Assembly (NCBI GenBank): GCA_965197475.1
Contig: CBDANF010000002.1
Span: forward strand, 96,001 to 160,000
Direction of reading: 5' to 3'
DNA length: 64,000 nucleotides
Source of the DNA: Candidatus Poribacteria bacterium
Lineage (GTDB): Bacteria; Poribacteria; WGA-4E; WGA-3G
A program made the translations under genes and the position numbers. This document shows, piece after piece, positions 62,198-64,000 of the stretch (its first letter is position 1; each line of letters starts with the position of its first letter). The notes below the pieces were generated by a model. The model was not told the origin of the DNA. It made no database searches and saw only the letters and a program-made list of their open reading frames with translations.

Positions 62198-63574
62198 CTA
62201 CTTATTCCGAAGCCTCTGCAAAACATTATGCGTAATCCGTTCAACAACAGCATCGCCCCCTGCCAATCCGTGCGACCAATCCGTTGTAGCAGCAGTGAAG
62301 ATAGTGCCACCTTTTTTGTAGATACCCATTGTTGCGGCACCGGTATGCCCTTGTTCCCAGCGTTCATACCATTCGCAATCATCCGGATGCCAACGGACAA
62401 GAGCAGTTGCGAGGATCGTAAACCCTTCAGGAGTACCATCTTGATAGGTCGGCACGGGTAAACCATCTTCAAGCGTGAATTCGCAGCCATCGCATTCATA
62501 GCCAACAATCGTATTCGCTCCACCGAACGTGTCATCTCTTGCCAAGTCTGTGCCTTCAAACACCCAATGTTCAGGACGATGCGCCGTGTATGCACCAGAA
62601 CCATCCATAAATTGCCCATGACTTAAGTGATAACCACCTTGAAGGAAGCCAACACCAGTCAACTGATTTTCAGGACGATTCACGAGATAGTGACTCCACA
62701 AAGTACTGAGAGTGCTGTAATCATCGGTTTTGTAAACAGGGTCTTGATTGTAGCTTTGCTTCCAACAGACGAGGGCACGTCCGTTGTCTTCAGAACGCAC
62801 CTGCCAACACACAGAATTTCCACTGAAGAAAGCAACGTTTCCACCATTAGCGATAAATGCCCCAAGATTATCACGCATCGGTGCTGACCAGTATTCGTCA
62901 TGCCCAACGCTTAACACAAGTTTATAATGCTCCAACATTTCAGGATGGAACTCCAGATCACTATTCGCTGCATAATCAAGCGTATATCCGTTCTGCTCTG
63001 CCCAGACAATGAAAGGCAACTCCCAGTTTCTAAAGATACCACCAGTAGGGCGATCAAATGAAACCCGATTGCCTTGTATTTTACTCTGTCCATGAAACCC
63101 GTAAAGACTAAAGCCGCCCCAGTTATTGTAGGCGTTATAAGTGTTGGTAGAGAGTTGAAGCAGAATCGGAGTATTTTCTCCTGGTTCTGCTGGACGAACG
63201 ATGAAAAACAAAGAACTTTCAGCTGTGCGATGATTTCTATAGATGGGGTCACCACCGCCATCTGCCGCGCGGAGTGTGCCTTCATAATATCCGCTCTGCC
63301 ATGTCTCAGGCACCTCAAGCGTAAAAGTAGCGTTCCAGCCACATCCGTGTGATGAAGCGTTTTCGGGGATCGGTTGTGCCTCCCCCGGGATCCCTGATTC
63401 GTTGAATACGACTTCACGCGTAGCACCAATACGCGCAATTTCCAGAGAATAGTTTCCCGCACTCGTTGAAACGTTGAATGCAATCTCCTCACCGGGTGCG
63501 TAACTCAGTTGGTGAGTGTATCCGTCAATATAGAGTGGTCTAATACGATTTTCAGTTTGCGTTAAAGTTGCCAT
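62198..63574 (-). CDS. N,N-dimethylformamidase beta subunit family protein
   Basis: SYAPGE, TYNAYNNWGG, VSFDRP, SVGHDEYWS, FFSGN, VGYECD. Confidence 0.9.
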   Translation of the reverse strand: MATLTQTENRIRPLYIDGYTHQLSYAPGEEIAFNVSTSAGNYSLEIARIGATREVVFNESGIPGEAQPIPENASSHGCGWNATFTLEVPETWQSGYYEGTLRAADGGGDPIYRNHRTAESSLFFIVRPAEPGENTPILLQLSTNTYNAYNNWGGFSLYGFHGQSKIQGNRVSFDRPTGGIFRNWELPFIVWAEQNGYTLDYAANSDLEFHPEMLEHYKLVLSVGHDEYWSAPMRDNLGAFIANGGNVAFFSGNSVCWQVRSEDNGRALVCWKQSYNQDPVYKTDDYSTLSTLWSHYLVNRPENQLTGVGFLQGGYHLSHGQFMDGSGAYTAHRPEHWVFEGTDLARDDTFGGANTIVGYECDGCEFTLEDGLPVPTYQDGTPEGFTILATALVRWHPDDCEWYERWEQGHTGAATMGIYKKGGTIFTAATTDWSHGLAGGDAVVERITHNVLQRLRNK

Positions 63575-63746
63575 GATGTGTCCTCCTTTGATGTGTAGGG
63601 TATCACTTTCTCGCAAAAATGTCAACGCTATAAGATTCTGTTTTTGACTTTTTCTGTTAAATATGTTATTATTTCCACAATTATTGTTGAATTACTTGGC
63701 TAAATGAATTTAACCTCTACTCTCACTTTATTTTAATTTTAACAAA

Positions 63747-64000
63747 ATGAAAAACGAACAAAAACCAACCCCGCTTTCTCCTGAACAGATACATCAATGG
63801 GAAAATGATGGGTATCTGCTGCTGAAAAATGTCGTCCCAGAGTCCGCTATCAATGGTGTCCGCGACAGGTTCACATGCGTCGTAGATGGTATAATTCACC
63901 AACTGAAAGAACAGGGAGTCGTTGAAGATGAAGGGGCAGACCTTCTATTTGAAACACGGTACTTGCAAGTTGCTGGCGAACATGCCAACCGCTTTGGTCG
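63747..64000 (+). CDS. PhyH family dioxygenase (partial, runs off the window)
   Basis: MKNEQKPTPLSPEQIHQWENDGYLLLKNVV.. Confidence 0.7.
   Translation, partial: MKNEQKPTPLSPEQIHQWENDGYLLLKNVVPESAINGVRDRFTCVVDGIIHQLKEQGVVEDEGADLLFETRYLQVAGEHANRFG

Noticed and set aside
61879-62619. 246-aa minus-strand ORF
   Set aside because: Overlaps the dimethylformamidase-family gene out of frame; the remainder looks like decayed sequence with no recognisable motif.

Overview
Bacterial chromosomal window. The gene inventory (many TPR, HEAT and WD40 repeat proteins, five PhyH-type dioxygenase genes, two sulfatases, a LamG protein, fused glyQS) resembles Candidatus Poribacteria; this is inference, not a database result. 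Metabolic genes (fabV, thuA, RidA, phosphohexomutase, glyQS, glycerate kinase, amidohydrolase, SDR, dimethylformamidase-beta family) alternate with accessory DNA: IS630, a passenger-carrying IS1595-family element, an IS4/IS701-like transposase, nested MITEs and REP-like palindromes, decayed toxin-antitoxin (TA) loci and a tandemly duplicated peptidase C26 cassette. The most striking locus is 11754-21326. A 1516-aa Cap4-like nuclease/STAND NTPase/TPR protein (Avs/NLR-like) carries an antitoxin-like module fused at both ends. It overlaps a DUF6883 toxin-like gene upstream and a PIN/VapC toxin downstream, followed by a type III restriction-modification pair. Also notable are a radical SAM selenoprotein (C-U-A-E-P tail) truncated by the ORF caller, several unannotated structured RNA candidates, REP-derived peptide repeats in the GlyQS linker, and a repeat-spacer-repeat insert inside a vWA gene. 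No rRNA, tRNA or true CRISPR array was seen. All family calls come from motif recognition by eye.
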